From the NCBI GenBank assembly GCA_030612025.1, contig JAUWOR010000001.1, forward strand, positions 96,001 to 160,000: a DNA stretch of 64,000 nucleotides, read 5' to 3'. Position 1 is the first letter of the stretch; each line of letters starts with the position of its first letter. The notes under the pieces are model-generated. The model was not told where the DNA came from and ran no database searches. It saw only the letters and a program-made list of their open reading frames with translations. Position numbers and translations under genes: made by a program. The stretch comes from Dehalococcoidia bacterium. GTDB taxonomy: Bacteria > Chloroflexota > Dehalococcoidia > GIF9 > AB-539-J10. Of this stretch, positions 1-10,263 are shown in pieces.

Positions 1-297
1 TTAAGTATGCTGTATGGCAGAGAAAGGGACAAGATAGAAGATCCTGAGGGTTACCGGTTTGTAGCATACAATGCCTGCAATAAGGTTCTGGAAAAATATC
101 TGCAAGAATGGGGCACTGCTGAGTGCCGGGAAATTCAAAAGATTAAGTTTGGGGGCAAATGGTTTAAGATTAATGACCCTGAGCAGTTTAAGGAATTCGT
201 CTCGCTCGGAGGCAATACCATTTTCGGTCCCGACGTAGTGGGCAAAGCAGTTAGGTGGTGCGCTGAAGTGATTCTGGAGAAGGAAAGCAAAAACTAG
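1..297 (+). CDS. C-GCAxxG-C-C family putative redox-active protein, 3' part (runs off the window start)
   Basis: Open frame from position 1; YGRER...F/YxxEWGTxxCREIQ pattern typical of the C-terminal half of this family. Confidence 0.65.
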   Translation, partial: LSMLYGRERDKIEDPEGYRFVAYNACNKVLEKYLQEWGTAECREIQKIKFGGKWFKINDPEQFKEFVSLGGNTIFGPDVVGKAVRWCAEVILEKESKN

Positions 298-450
298 GCA
301 AGTGCAAAATCAGCTCCGCTCGGTCGGAGGACTGTAACACAAAGGTGAGGAAAACGATTTTGAGTTTGCTACCAGTTCGGAGTTCGGGAACAGAAGGGTC
401 AGACAAATCTTTTGACTTCGACTAAAACTGACTACTCCAAGGAAGCATCA

Positions 451-1494
451 TTGGAATTACAATATAAGATCGAAGACTTACTTAAGCCCGAGGCTTATCC
501 TCGTAAGCCGCAAAAGATAGAACTAATACAAACACAGATGTCCTTTATTTTTCTCACTGGTGACTATGTATATAAGGTGAAGAAGCCAGTGAATCTAGGA
601 TATTTGGATTACACCACCCTAGAGAAACGCCGCTTCTTCTGTCACCAAGAGCTAGAGCTAAATAGACGCCTTTGTCCCGATGTTTACCTAGCAGTAGTGC
701 CAATAACTGAGAGCTGTCAGCTGTCAGCTGTTAGCTATCATTTTGAGGGAGAAGGCAAGGCAATAGAGTACGCCGTCAAAATGAGGCAAATGCCTCAAGA
801 GCGTATGATGGATGTGCTCTTGCCTCGAGGCAAAGTAACCAAGGAAATGATAGCCAAGGTGGCTGAAAAACTAGCCGGCTTTCACCAGAAGGCCAAAACA
901 AACCCAGAAATTGCTGCTTTCGGCAAATTAGACACTATCCGCCAAAACTGTGAGGAGAATTTCTCCCAAACTGAGAAATATATTGGCGTTTCTATTCCAG
1001 CGAGAAAGTATGCGCAGATTGAAAGTTACACCAATGATTTCATTAGCAGCAATAGCAACCTTTTCGATAAACGAGTAAGTAAAGGTAAAATAAGAGATTG
1101 CCATGGTGACCTTCATGCCGCCCATATCTGCTTCACTGACGACATTTGCATTTACGACTGCATTGAGTTCAACGATAGATTCAGGTATTCTGATGTGGCT
1201 TCCGAGGTCGCCTTTTTGGCTATGGATTTAGACCGCTACCAGCGGGCTGACCCTTCGGGCTTGAGCCCTCAAGGGCGAAGCCTTTCCCGACACTTTGTCA
1301 ATACCTATGTGGAGCTAAGTCAGGATAAGGAACTGCTGAGTTTGCTCAACTTTTACAAGTGTTACCGAGCCTATGTTAGGGGCAAAGTGGAAAGTTTCAA
1401 GCTAGACGACCCCCTTATCTCGGAGACCGAGAAAGCAAGGGCTTTAGCTACTGCAAAGAGCTATTTCGAGCTTGCAGAATCGTATATGCAGTGA
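451..1494 (+). CDS. Aminoglycoside-phosphotransferase-like protein (COG2187-type N-terminal half of the APH+AAA kinase fusion)
   Basis: YKVKKPV, ELELNRRL, RDCHGDLH, DCIEFNDRFR, FYKCYRAYVRGKV motifs; TTG at 451 follows AAGGAAG (ORF is open from 412). Confidence 0.85.
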   Translation: MELQYKIEDLLKPEAYPRKPQKIELIQTQMSFIFLTGDYVYKVKKPVNLGYLDYTTLEKRRFFCHQELELNRRLCPDVYLAVVPITESCQLSAVSYHFEGEGKAIEYAVKMRQMPQERMMDVLLPRGKVTKEMIAKVAEKLAGFHQKAKTNPEIAAFGKLDTIRQNCEENFSQTEKYIGVSIPARKYAQIESYTNDFISSNSNLFDKRVSKGKIRDCHGDLHAAHICFTDDICIYDCIEFNDRFRYSDVASEVAFLAMDLDRYQRADPSGLSPQGRSLSRHFVNTYVELSQDKELLSLLNFYKCYRAYVRGKVESFKLDDPLISETEKARALATAKSYFELAESYMQ

Positions 1495-1550
1495 TATATA
1501 CAGAATAGGTTAAAATAAATCAGATTAGGCAAACCCTAGAGTTTGTCCAT

Positions 1551-1814
1551 ATGGTCGCTATACGCCATGCTATTCTTGGGCAAGGTGCAGTGCAAATAAC
1601 CAATATGAAACGCACTGTTGTATTAACAAAGGACAGCGAATTGATCGGGTTTTTGTTCATCGATTCTCCCGACTATCTTGTCGTTGCCAATAATGTTGTT
1701 GAGGACTCATTGGTAGGTCCCATCAAGCAAAGTAAAGTCAGATTTATAGATGCTGAAGCTGATTTTGTAATCTTGCCACGTGAGAAGGTATGCGAACTGA
1801 GGTTTCTTGAATAG
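1551..1814 (+). CDS. Hypothetical protein
   Basis: 87-aa ORF overlapping the start of the next gene; no recognisable motif. Confidence 0.45.
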   Translation: MVAIRHAILGQGAVQITNMKRTVVLTKDSELIGFLFIDSPDYLVVANNVVEDSLVGPIKQSKVRFIDAEADFVILPREKVCELRFLE

Positions 1815-2235
1815 TATGAACGTTATCGACCCGAAGATCGAATATTTGGTCATTGTCCCGGGCAAAGCACGGTCTTTTCGGTCTCACTACGCGAAAGTAT
1901 ATCGAGAGAAAGTACGTAAGGCAGCTAGAGAGGTCGTCACAGAGATGTTCCATAGCGATGATATTGATCTTAAGGTTGATTACTTCTACAGAGGAAACCG
2001 AAATGTCGATATGGACAATATCACCAAGAATGTGATGGATGCGTTGACAGGTGTTGCTTATTTGGATGATAAGCTTGTCAAAACCCAGAATTCTAGCGCA
2101 CATAAGGTCGATGAGGTTGTATGTGTAACTAGAGAGGTATTTGACATATTCAGGCCCTTGGCTAATCATAAAGAATATTTGGTAATTCGTATCCGCTCAA
2201 AGGATGCCTACATAAAGATTAAGCACAGTACATAA
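1807..2235 (+). CDS. RusA-family Holliday-junction resolvase-like protein
   Basis: DMDNITKNVMDALTGVAYLDDKLV matches the RusA DxDNxxKxxxDAL...DD motif; alternative ATG at 1816. Confidence 0.8.
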   Translation: MNSMNVIDPKIEYLVIVPGKARSFRSHYAKVYREKVRKAAREVVTEMFHSDDIDLKVDYFYRGNRNVDMDNITKNVMDALTGVAYLDDKLVKTQNSSAHKVDEVVCVTREVFDIFRPLANHKEYLVIRIRSKDAYIKIKHST

Positions 2236-2289
2236 GACGGGCTTTGCAGCTCACTCCGCAAAGCCTGAAAACCTAAAAGGGGTGACAAA

Positions 2290-2892
2290 TTGAGAGAGCC
2301 GTTTAGGAAATTCATAGAAAGCGAGTTAAGGGCTGGCATTTTGCTTATCACCTGCGGTCTTCCTGGTACCTGGAAGACTGAGACAAGCCAGGAGATTTCC
2401 AAGATTAAAGGTTACCCCATCCTTCGCAGCGACCTGATTAGAAGAGAATTACTTAAAGATGAAGATATATTCGATGAGAAGGTCGCCTCCAATATGGGCA
2501 AACGAATGATGGTCTATGATGAGACGTTCCGGCGGGCAGATGAGACTCTTAAGAAGGGTGATAGTGTAATACTCGATGCTACCTTCATTACCCAATCACT
2601 AAGAAGGCGCGCTGCTGCAATAGCAGCCAAGCATAATAAGACGTTCGTCATCCTTCAAACCCACTGCCCGCAAGAGGTAGCTATCGCACGGATACTGAGG
2701 CGAACTAAAGGGGATTACGAATCAAACGCCCTCACTGAACAAGCTTACCTTAACAATAAAAAGAGGTTCGAAGAGGTAGATCTGGATGACTTGAAGCGGT
2801 TGAACCCTGAGCTTAAAATCATTCACTTGACAGTTGATACCCAGCATGACCCACCTGAAGATTGGTATGTTATTGGCATAGAAAAGGGATAA
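2290..2892 (+). CDS. AAA_33/COG0645 predicted P-loop kinase (partner of 451..1494)
   Basis: GLPGTWKT Walker-A variant, LRSDLIRREL, VILDATF. Confidence 0.8.
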   Translation: MREPFRKFIESELRAGILLITCGLPGTWKTETSQEISKIKGYPILRSDLIRRELLKDEDIFDEKVASNMGKRMMVYDETFRRADETLKKGDSVILDATFITQSLRRRAAAIAAKHNKTFVILQTHCPQEVAIARILRRTKGDYESNALTEQAYLNNKKRFEEVDLDDLKRLNPELKIIHLTVDTQHDPPEDWYVIGIEKG

Positions 2893-2920
2893 CGATTGGG
2901 GTATTCTGTGTCAGGGGACA

Positions 2921-3538
2921 GTGATGACAGTGCTAGCAACCAAGTTCCGGGACAAAAGTTGGTTTTCGCATGCAGCTTCTTATCTATCGTCACGTCTTCT
3001 GTCTGTGGAGGCAAGAATGCAAGCGACATTTCGATATGTCGAACTGCACAGCGAAAATTGGAATACCTTTTCATACGAGTTCGCCAGCATCTTGAGGGAT
3101 TCTGGTAGCGTTTTTAGCTCTGTGGCCGATGCATTGGTGAGAGGCGCTAGCGCTGCCCCTAGGCATGAGTACAACTTCGGTGATTATCGCGATTTCCTGC
3201 GAAGAGAGGTTCCAGATATTGGCCAGCGGACTGTATGTGTACGCCCATGTTTTCCTGCGGGGATTATAGTCCCATTTGAGGAGCTGCAAACGGCGACGGG
3301 CACTCTTGGATGGTGGGATGCGTATAACAAAGTAAAGCACCATGAATATCATGAGTTCCGCATGGGTAGTCTAGAGAACTGCGTCACGGCAGTATCCGGG
3401 CTTGTATTACTAGGGTTCTTAATGGGGATATTTATTTCCGACCCGCTGTTTGTTAATGTTGGGATTGTCTACCATCCGAACTCCATCGAGATGTCTGATG
3501 AGAGACGCCTGTTCCCCCGCGTGAGCAATACTCTCTGA
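2921..3538 (+). CDS. Hypothetical protein
   Basis: 205-aa ORF filling the gap between genes; WWDAYNKVKH motif. Confidence 0.65.
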   Translation: MMTVLATKFRDKSWFSHAASYLSSRLLSVEARMQATFRYVELHSENWNTFSYEFASILRDSGSVFSSVADALVRGASAAPRHEYNFGDYRDFLRREVPDIGQRTVCVRPCFPAGIIVPFEELQTATGTLGWWDAYNKVKHHEYHEFRMGSLENCVTAVSGLVLLGFLMGIFISDPLFVNVGIVYHPNSIEMSDERRLFPRVSNTL

Positions 3539-3559
3539 AATGAGAAATCCAGAATAGCA

Positions 3560-4456
3560 ATGAAAATAGATTTACACATCCATACCAAGACTTGCTCGGA
3601 TGGCAATCTCTCTATTGAAGAGGTTTTCCAGGAAGCAAAAAATAGGAATATCGATTTAATCTCCATAACTGACCACGATTCTATAGACTGCCAGGAAAGA
3701 GCTATCACTCTGGCAAGAGAGCATAACATATCCTACATCACAGGGGTGGAATTAAATGTGACCTTTCATTATCCTGAGAAGGACAAAGCTGTCTCCTTGG
3801 ATTTTCTGGGATACCAGTTTGATATCGGTAATCAAGAGCTAAAGAGCAAGCTTCAATTGATAAAAGAACATAGGGAAAGAAGGGCGCGTCAAATTTTGGA
3901 GAAACTGAATGCTGAGTTCGCTAAAGAAGGCATTGAAAGATTCACTGAGATAGACCTCAAGAATATACAGGATAGCGTTGATGGTGTATTTGGACGACCC
4001 CATATAGCGAACTACCTAATAGAAAAAGGGCTTGTGAAAGATAAGCAAGAGGCCTTCGATAAGTATCTGGTCAAGTGCGATGTAGCTAAGTATCCGCTTT
4101 CCCTGGCTGAAGCGTCGAGATTGATTAGAAACGCCGGCGGCATATTGGTACAGGCACACCCCAATGACCCGAACGGAACATCTTTGGTAAGCATAACGCC
4201 TGATTTGCATGAACAAACGAAGATTATAGAAGAATATATGCTAGAATACATCGATGGTGTCGAGTGCTGGCATTCAAGACATGACAAAAACACTACGGCA
4301 CACTATATCGAGTTTGCCAGGAGACATGGTTTGCTCATGACCGGGGGCAGCGATTGCCATCAAAAACCGCTCCTTATGGGCATGGTGGATATACCTGACT
4401 GGGTTGCTGAGCAGTTCAGTGGTAAGAAAATGGAGGTCTCTCCAGCCAATAGATAA
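3560..4456 (+). CDS. PHP-domain phosphoesterase (TrpH/YciV-like)
   Basis: DLHIHT..SDG, ITDHD, GRPHIA, AHP, TGGSDCH. Confidence 0.92.
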   Translation: MKIDLHIHTKTCSDGNLSIEEVFQEAKNRNIDLISITDHDSIDCQERAITLAREHNISYITGVELNVTFHYPEKDKAVSLDFLGYQFDIGNQELKSKLQLIKEHRERRARQILEKLNAEFAKEGIERFTEIDLKNIQDSVDGVFGRPHIANYLIEKGLVKDKQEAFDKYLVKCDVAKYPLSLAEASRLIRNAGGILVQAHPNDPNGTSLVSITPDLHEQTKIIEEYMLEYIDGVECWHSRHDKNTTAHYIEFARRHGLLMTGGSDCHQKPLLMGMVDIPDWVAEQFSGKKMEVSPANR

Positions 4457-4477
4457 AATGGATGAAATAATTTGGAG

Positions 4478-4590
4478 CAGATTGCTTTGCGGAGCCTGTC
4501 CTGAGCGTTATGAGATTCTTCGCGGAGTTTACCCTGAGCGAGATTAGATTCTTCGCTACGCTCAGAATGACAGGGAGCGAAGGGCTCGTA
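4478..4590. repeat. Compound REP-like palindromic element (GTCATTCTGAGCGTAGCGAAGAATCT family)
   Basis: Reverse complement closely matches 29436-29512 and 22168-22235. Confidence 0.8.
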
Positions 4591-4598
4591 GCTAATAG

Positions 4599-5858
<1,260 letters not shown>

Positions 5859-5958
5859 ATCTAAAAGGCAAAAGGCAAAAATACAGAGCAAAAATTAAAA
5901 AGTTTTGAAATTTGAGTGGTAACTTTGATTTTTTATTTTTAACTCTTGATTTTAATTG
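5859..5958. repeat. AT-rich imperfect inverted repeat built from ~7-nt units (AAAGGCA../TTTTGAT..)
   Basis: A-rich arm followed by a T-rich arm; same design as 27240-27415. Confidence 0.65.
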
Positions 5959-5960
5959 AG

Positions 5961-7172
5961 ATGCCAAATAGCTTTAATCAGCTAGCTTCATATTTAGCCA
6001 CTTCGGAATCGGTCACCGAGGGACACCCAGATAAGTTATGTGACCAGGTATCCGATGCCGTCCTCGATGCCATGCTGGAAAAAGACCCCTTTGCCCATGT
6101 TGCCTGCGAGGTTTCCGTCACCATGGGGATGGTGACGGTGATGGGTGAGATCACCTGCGATTGCTATGTAGAAATTCCTGATATTGCGCGCCAGGTACTC
6201 AAAGAAGCAGGCTATACACGACCTGAGTATGGCTTTGATTATCGAACTTGTGGCATCCTTGTCTCCCTCAAGGAACAGTCAAGCGATATCGCTGCCGGTG
6301 TTAGTCAATCCTTGGAGACAAGGATAGGAGAGATAACCGACGAAACTCTGGACAGAACTGGCGCCGGCGACCAGGGAATGATGGTCGGCTTTGCCTGCAA
6401 AGAAACGCCTGAACTCATGCCTTTGCCTATTACCCTAGCAAACAAGCTATGCCAACGCCTGGCTGAAGTAAGGAAAGACAAAACTATTCCTTACCTCCGC
6501 CCCGATGGCAAATCACAGGTCACTATTGAATACAGCCATGGCATACCAAAAAGAGTTGTTTGCCTCGTCCTTGGTGCTCAGCATGACCCTGGAGTGAAAC
6601 GTAGCACTATTGAACATGACCTTACAGAGCAGGTGATTAACAAAGTCATTCCCGCCAATCTAAGGGATAGCGAAACTAAAGTTTATATTAACAGTGCGGG
6701 ACAGTTTGTTATTGGGGGACCGGTAAGCGATACTGGCTTTACGGGGCGGAAAATCATAGCTGATACTTATGGCAGCGCCTGCCGACATGGCGGCGGTTGC
6801 TTTTCAGGCAAAGACCCCACTAAAGTAGACCGCTCTGCTGCCTATATGGCGAGATATGCTGCCAAAAATATAGTAGCTGCTGGACTTGCCGATTACATTG
6901 AGCTCCAAACTGCCTATACCATTGGTAAGGCTCGTCCTTTATCCTTGTCTATAGAGACATCTGGCACAGGGAAAGTTTCCGACGAAGCCATCCTGGAGCT
7001 CATCAATAAGCACTTCGACTTTCGCCCCGAAGCCATTATAAGGGCTCTAGATTTGCGCCGTCCTATTTATCGCCAAACCGCTGTTTATGGCCATTTCGGC
7101 AGAGAGGACCTTACCCTCCCGTGGGAGAAAACAGACAAAGCCAAGATATTAAGAAAAGAAGCAGGCTTGTAG
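5961..7172 (+). CDS. metK: S-adenosylmethionine synthetase
   Basis: [52 protein letters not shown]. Confidence 0.98.
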   Translation: MPNSFNQLASYLATSESVTEGHPDKLCDQVSDAVLDAMLEKDPFAHVACEVSVTMGMVTVMGEITCDCYVEIPDIARQVLKEAGYTRPEYGFDYRTCGILVSLKEQSSDIAAGVSQSLETRIGEITDETLDRTGAGDQGMMVGFACKETPELMPLPITLANKLCQRLAEVRKDKTIPYLRPDGKSQVTIEYSHGIPKRVVCLVLGAQHDPGVKRSTIEHDLTEQVINKVIPANLRDSETKVYINSAGQFVIGGPVSDTGFTGRKIIADTYGSACRHGGGCFSGKDPTKVDRSAAYMARYAAKNIVAAGLADYIELQTAYTIGKARPLSLSIETSGTGKVSDEAILELINKHFDFRPEAIIRALDLRRPIYRQTAVYGHFGREDLTLPWEKTDKAKILRKEAGL

Positions 7173-7390
7173 AATTCGTATCTTCACAACAAGAATTTGG
7201 TCGATTGAGGTTGTATACACCTGGGGCGATTGCCGCTAATGATACTTGGCTAATTAAACGGGCAGTGAACAGTTGGAATATGCTAAGCTAAGACTCCATT
7301 CATAAATATATTGATATTATGCAGATGCCTGTTCATGTCTGGCTTTGCATCATGGAAAGGCCGCTCAAGTGCGAGTTGCGGAGGTGTTGA

Positions 7391-8434
7391 ATAAACTACT
7401 GGCAGGTAGCAGCTGGAGATGGTGCTCGTGATTATTCATCTGTGTTCTTACAATTTGGCATTATGCTTATAGGAGCTGGTGACCCTGGCCCATACTTCAG
7501 CAACAAAGAGTACTACAAGGGGCATCGGAATTGGCGTGCTCAGGTAGTGCGTTTCGCAGAGAAGGTGACCAAAGGAGATATTGTGGTTCTAAAGAGACCA
7601 TATAAACGGGAGTGGCAAATTCGAGCTGTGGGAATTGTCACAGGTGACTATGAGTACCTTGAGCAATTCAATGATGTCGAGGGTTGGGACCTCCAACATT
7701 GTCGCAGAATGGAATGGGTATGCCCGCCAAAGGTCCAGGATCAGCCCGAAAAAAGGAAAATGGTACTTGTGAAAGGCCTATCAATGGGCACCTTCAAAGC
7801 GGTGAAAAAGAGGGAAGCGATAGAGGAAGCGGAAAGGGTGCTGAAGGAAGGCGAAAAAAAACAAATCACCGAGATTCCCCAGTCTGCCAGGAATATCTCT
7901 GACGAGGACTTGGTGGAGAGTTTGATTGGAAAGGGGCTACGACCAGCTGATGCTGAAACGGTAATCCAGACCATCTGGCGGGTTCGCCGTCTTGCGCGTT
8001 GGTATGCACACCACGGGCGTGATTTAAGTGAACATGAGATACGCACCTTCCTCATTGTACCGATTATGCTGGCGCTGGGGTGGTCAGAGCAGAGAATTAA
8101 GATTGAGTGGAAAAATACTGACATGTCTTTCTTCCATGGTGTCTATAAAAGAACCGAAAAGCCTTCCATGATTCTAGAGTCTAAGCGCGCGTGGGAAGGG
8201 TTACACTACGCTGAGAGGCAGCTAGAGAAATATGCCAAGTTGTTTCCGGAATGCTGCTACCTCGTTGCCTCAGATGGCATTCGTTACCAGCTATATGTGA
8301 AGCATGGTAGTGAGTGGAACTTAAAAGATGATTTCAAAGCTTATGCAAACCTGCTAAACCTCAAAGACCGTCATCCCTACTTGGAGCATATAGGCGGGGC
8401 ACCTGACCTTTTTGTGAGCCTCATGCCGAAATAG
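7391..8434 (+). CDS. Putative restriction endonuclease: PUA/EVE-like N-domain plus HsdR_N-like PD-(D/E)xK domain
   Basis: YWQVAAG...GDIVVLK...AVGIVTGDY...RMEW; SEHEIR..IVPIMLALGW...ILESKR...QLEKYA...ASDGIRY; frame is open from ATA at 7391 behind GGAGGTG. Confidence 0.6.
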   Translation: MNYWQVAAGDGARDYSSVFLQFGIMLIGAGDPGPYFSNKEYYKGHRNWRAQVVRFAEKVTKGDIVVLKRPYKREWQIRAVGIVTGDYEYLEQFNDVEGWDLQHCRRMEWVCPPKVQDQPEKRKMVLVKGLSMGTFKAVKKREAIEEAERVLKEGEKKQITEIPQSARNISDEDLVESLIGKGLRPADAETVIQTIWRVRRLARWYAHHGRDLSEHEIRTFLIVPIMLALGWSEQRIKIEWKNTDMSFFHGVYKRTEKPSMILESKRAWEGLHYAERQLEKYAKLFPECCYLVASDGIRYQLYVKHGSEWNLKDDFKAYANLLNLKDRHPYLEHIGGAPDLFVSLMPK

Positions 8435-8771
8435 GATATCGCTCAGGGAAAACAAACGTCCAAAATGTTTAGGAGCTGGGCAAAATTCCCCAGCATGATG
8501 CAGAAGCTAAAGGTACTTAACAGGAAATGGTTAAGCTAGCGAAAGATTTATTTGCCAAATCGATGAAGTTAGAGAATCGGCTGCACTTTCACTAGCTACA
8601 TAGAAGGTTAGTCTAGTTGATAAAAGTGTCCAAATGTTCCAGAATGTATGCCTCAAGCTTAACTGGGAAGTAGCCCATAGCAGTTTGCTGCAATTTCGAA
8701 AAAGATGCCCAAGATTTATATAGGCGCAGATTGTGAAACCAAGGGCGGGCAAACAATGAGGTCGTATAGAT

Positions 8772-8975
8772 ATGGGAGCTAAGAGGAAGAATCCTGAGAT
8801 TGTCCTGAAAGACGGGAAGCCAACAGCAGTTATCCTTGATATAGATGAGTATCAAGAAATGCTGGAGCGTTTGGAGGATGCAGAAGACCTGAAAGTGCTT
8901 GAAGAAATGAGGAGAAAGCCTCTCGAGTTCAAGCGATTGGAAAATTTTCTGAATGAATACACCCCAAGCGTATGA
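8772..8975 (+). CDS. Phd/YefM-like antitoxin
   Basis: KDGKPTAVILDIDEYQEMLERLED; overlaps the toxin start. Confidence 0.85.
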   Translation: MGAKRKNPEIVLKDGKPTAVILDIDEYQEMLERLEDAEDLKVLEEMRRKPLEFKRLENFLNEYTPSV

Positions 8976-9222
8976 GGTTTATTTAGAGCGGGCGGCAGAA
9001 CAAGACCTCAAACGGCTATCAGCGAAGAATTTCCAAAGGATTATCCCTCATATCAAGGCATTAGCTGAGAATCCTAGACCCGTGGGTTGCCGAAAAATCT
9101 CTGGTTCACAGAATGACTGGCGTGTTAGGGTTGGAGATTATCGGGTTATCTACGAGGTTGCGGATAGGGAAAAGGTCGTTAGAGTTATGCGTATAAGACA
9201 TCGTGGAAAGGCTTATCGCTAA
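8953..9222 (+). CDS. RelE/ParE-family toxin
   Basis: LAENPRP.G..KI.G....WRVRVGDYRVIY...V.RIRHR..AY. Confidence 0.92.
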   Translation: MNTPQAYEVYLERAAEQDLKRLSAKNFQRIIPHIKALAENPRPVGCRKISGSQNDWRVRVGDYRVIYEVADREKVVRVMRIRHRGKAYR

Positions 9223-9423
9223 AAGCTAAGACTAAATTTTGACCTAAACCTTAAGTAAGTGGAGAAAAATATTCGTTCCTGCCTCTCACTCAAATCAAGC
9301 ACATCCCAGTAGAACTTTGTTTAATTGTTGATGTAGCAATCGTCCAAAATGCTTAGGAGCGGAGTCCTCTCATAAGTTATCGCTGAAACTGTTGCAATCG
9401 TTATGAATTCAAAAAGTAAGTGC

Positions 9424-9795
9424 CTATGCCTCCAAATAAATCACATCCTCTAAGCCTTTAAAGTGAGGATCAGAGGTCACTACAGGGCAGGTTTCTTTCA
9501 TTGCTGTAGCATAGACGATGGCATCAGCCATAGGTAGAGTGTGCTTTAAGCTAGTTTCAGCCGCTAGCAGGGCAATTTCTTCGCTTAAAGGCACTACTTT
9601 GGTTTTCATTATTTGAGCAATCACCAGGAGAGCCTCTTCCTCTTTGCACTCCCGCCTTAGCTTTTTATAAACTTCATAAAGAATTATTGTGGGAGTGACA
9701 ACCTCCGCCAGGTTGGCGAGGTACTCTTCGTAGCGCTCTACTAATTGACCCTCTGCCAAATACTCTATCCAGCCAAAGGAGTCAACTAGAATCAT
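9424..9795 (-). CDS. VapC/PIN-domain toxin
   Basis: ILVDS, LYEV, MADAIVYATA, TSDPHF acidic PIN residues. Confidence 0.92.
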   Translation of the reverse strand: MILVDSFGWIEYLAEGQLVERYEEYLANLAEVVTPTIILYEVYKKLRRECKEEEALLVIAQIMKTKVVPLSEEIALLAAETSLKHTLPMADAIVYATAMKETCPVVTSDPHFKGLEDVIYLEA

Positions 9796-9998
9796 ACCCG
9801 CTCTCCCTCTTCCCGGAGACCCTCAGTGCGCATCCCTCTAAAAAGCCCCCTTAATTCCTTGAGAGGATAATCAGGAACCAAAGTAATGGTTCCGCCCCTC
9901 ACAATGATTTGAAGCCTCTGGCCACTCCTCAATTTAAGCCGCTTTCGGACTTCCTTTGGAATCACCACTTGATATTTTGGAGAAAGAATCACTTCCAT
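9792..9998 (-). CDS. AbrB/MazE/SpoVT-type antitoxin (VapB)
   Basis: SPKYQVVIPKEVRKRL.L..GQ; 4-nt overlap with the toxin. Confidence 0.92.
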   Translation of the reverse strand: MEVILSPKYQVVIPKEVRKRLKLRSGQRLQIIVRGGTITLVPDYPLKELRGLFRGMRTEGLREEGERV

Positions 9999-10068
9999 CT
10001 CACACCTCCTGTATCGATATAAATATTGTATAACAATTTTTCTTAGACATCAATTAATTCTTATCCAT

Positions 10069-10199
10069 AGGCTGTTTAATCTTGGTTTCTTGCTCAACCT
10101 TAGACAATTCACGGATGTTTCGCCCCAGATTTTTGTAGTTGCCTGATTCATCAGGCACACTCGCCCAATAAATTGGGCAACTACATTTCTAAACCGCCT
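10069..10199 (-). mobile_element. MITE copy (divergent) with internal GTAG-type REP hairpin
   Basis: Ends AGGCTGTTTAA ... TTTCTAAACCGCCT; internal GTAGTTGCCTGATTCATCAGGC..GCCCAATAAATTGGGCAACTAC. Confidence 0.7.
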
Positions 10200-10213
10200 T
10201 TCTTATCCGCAGG

Positions 10214-10242
10214 TTGCCCTTTTTACTACCAGGCTTTATAAT
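10214..10242 (+). promoter_or_regulatory. Sigma70-type promoter for pgm-pgi
   Basis: TTGCCC-17 nt-TATAAT, 21 nt upstream of the ATG. Confidence 0.6.
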
Positions 10243-10263
10243 CTAAAGCTAAAAGTTCTTATC

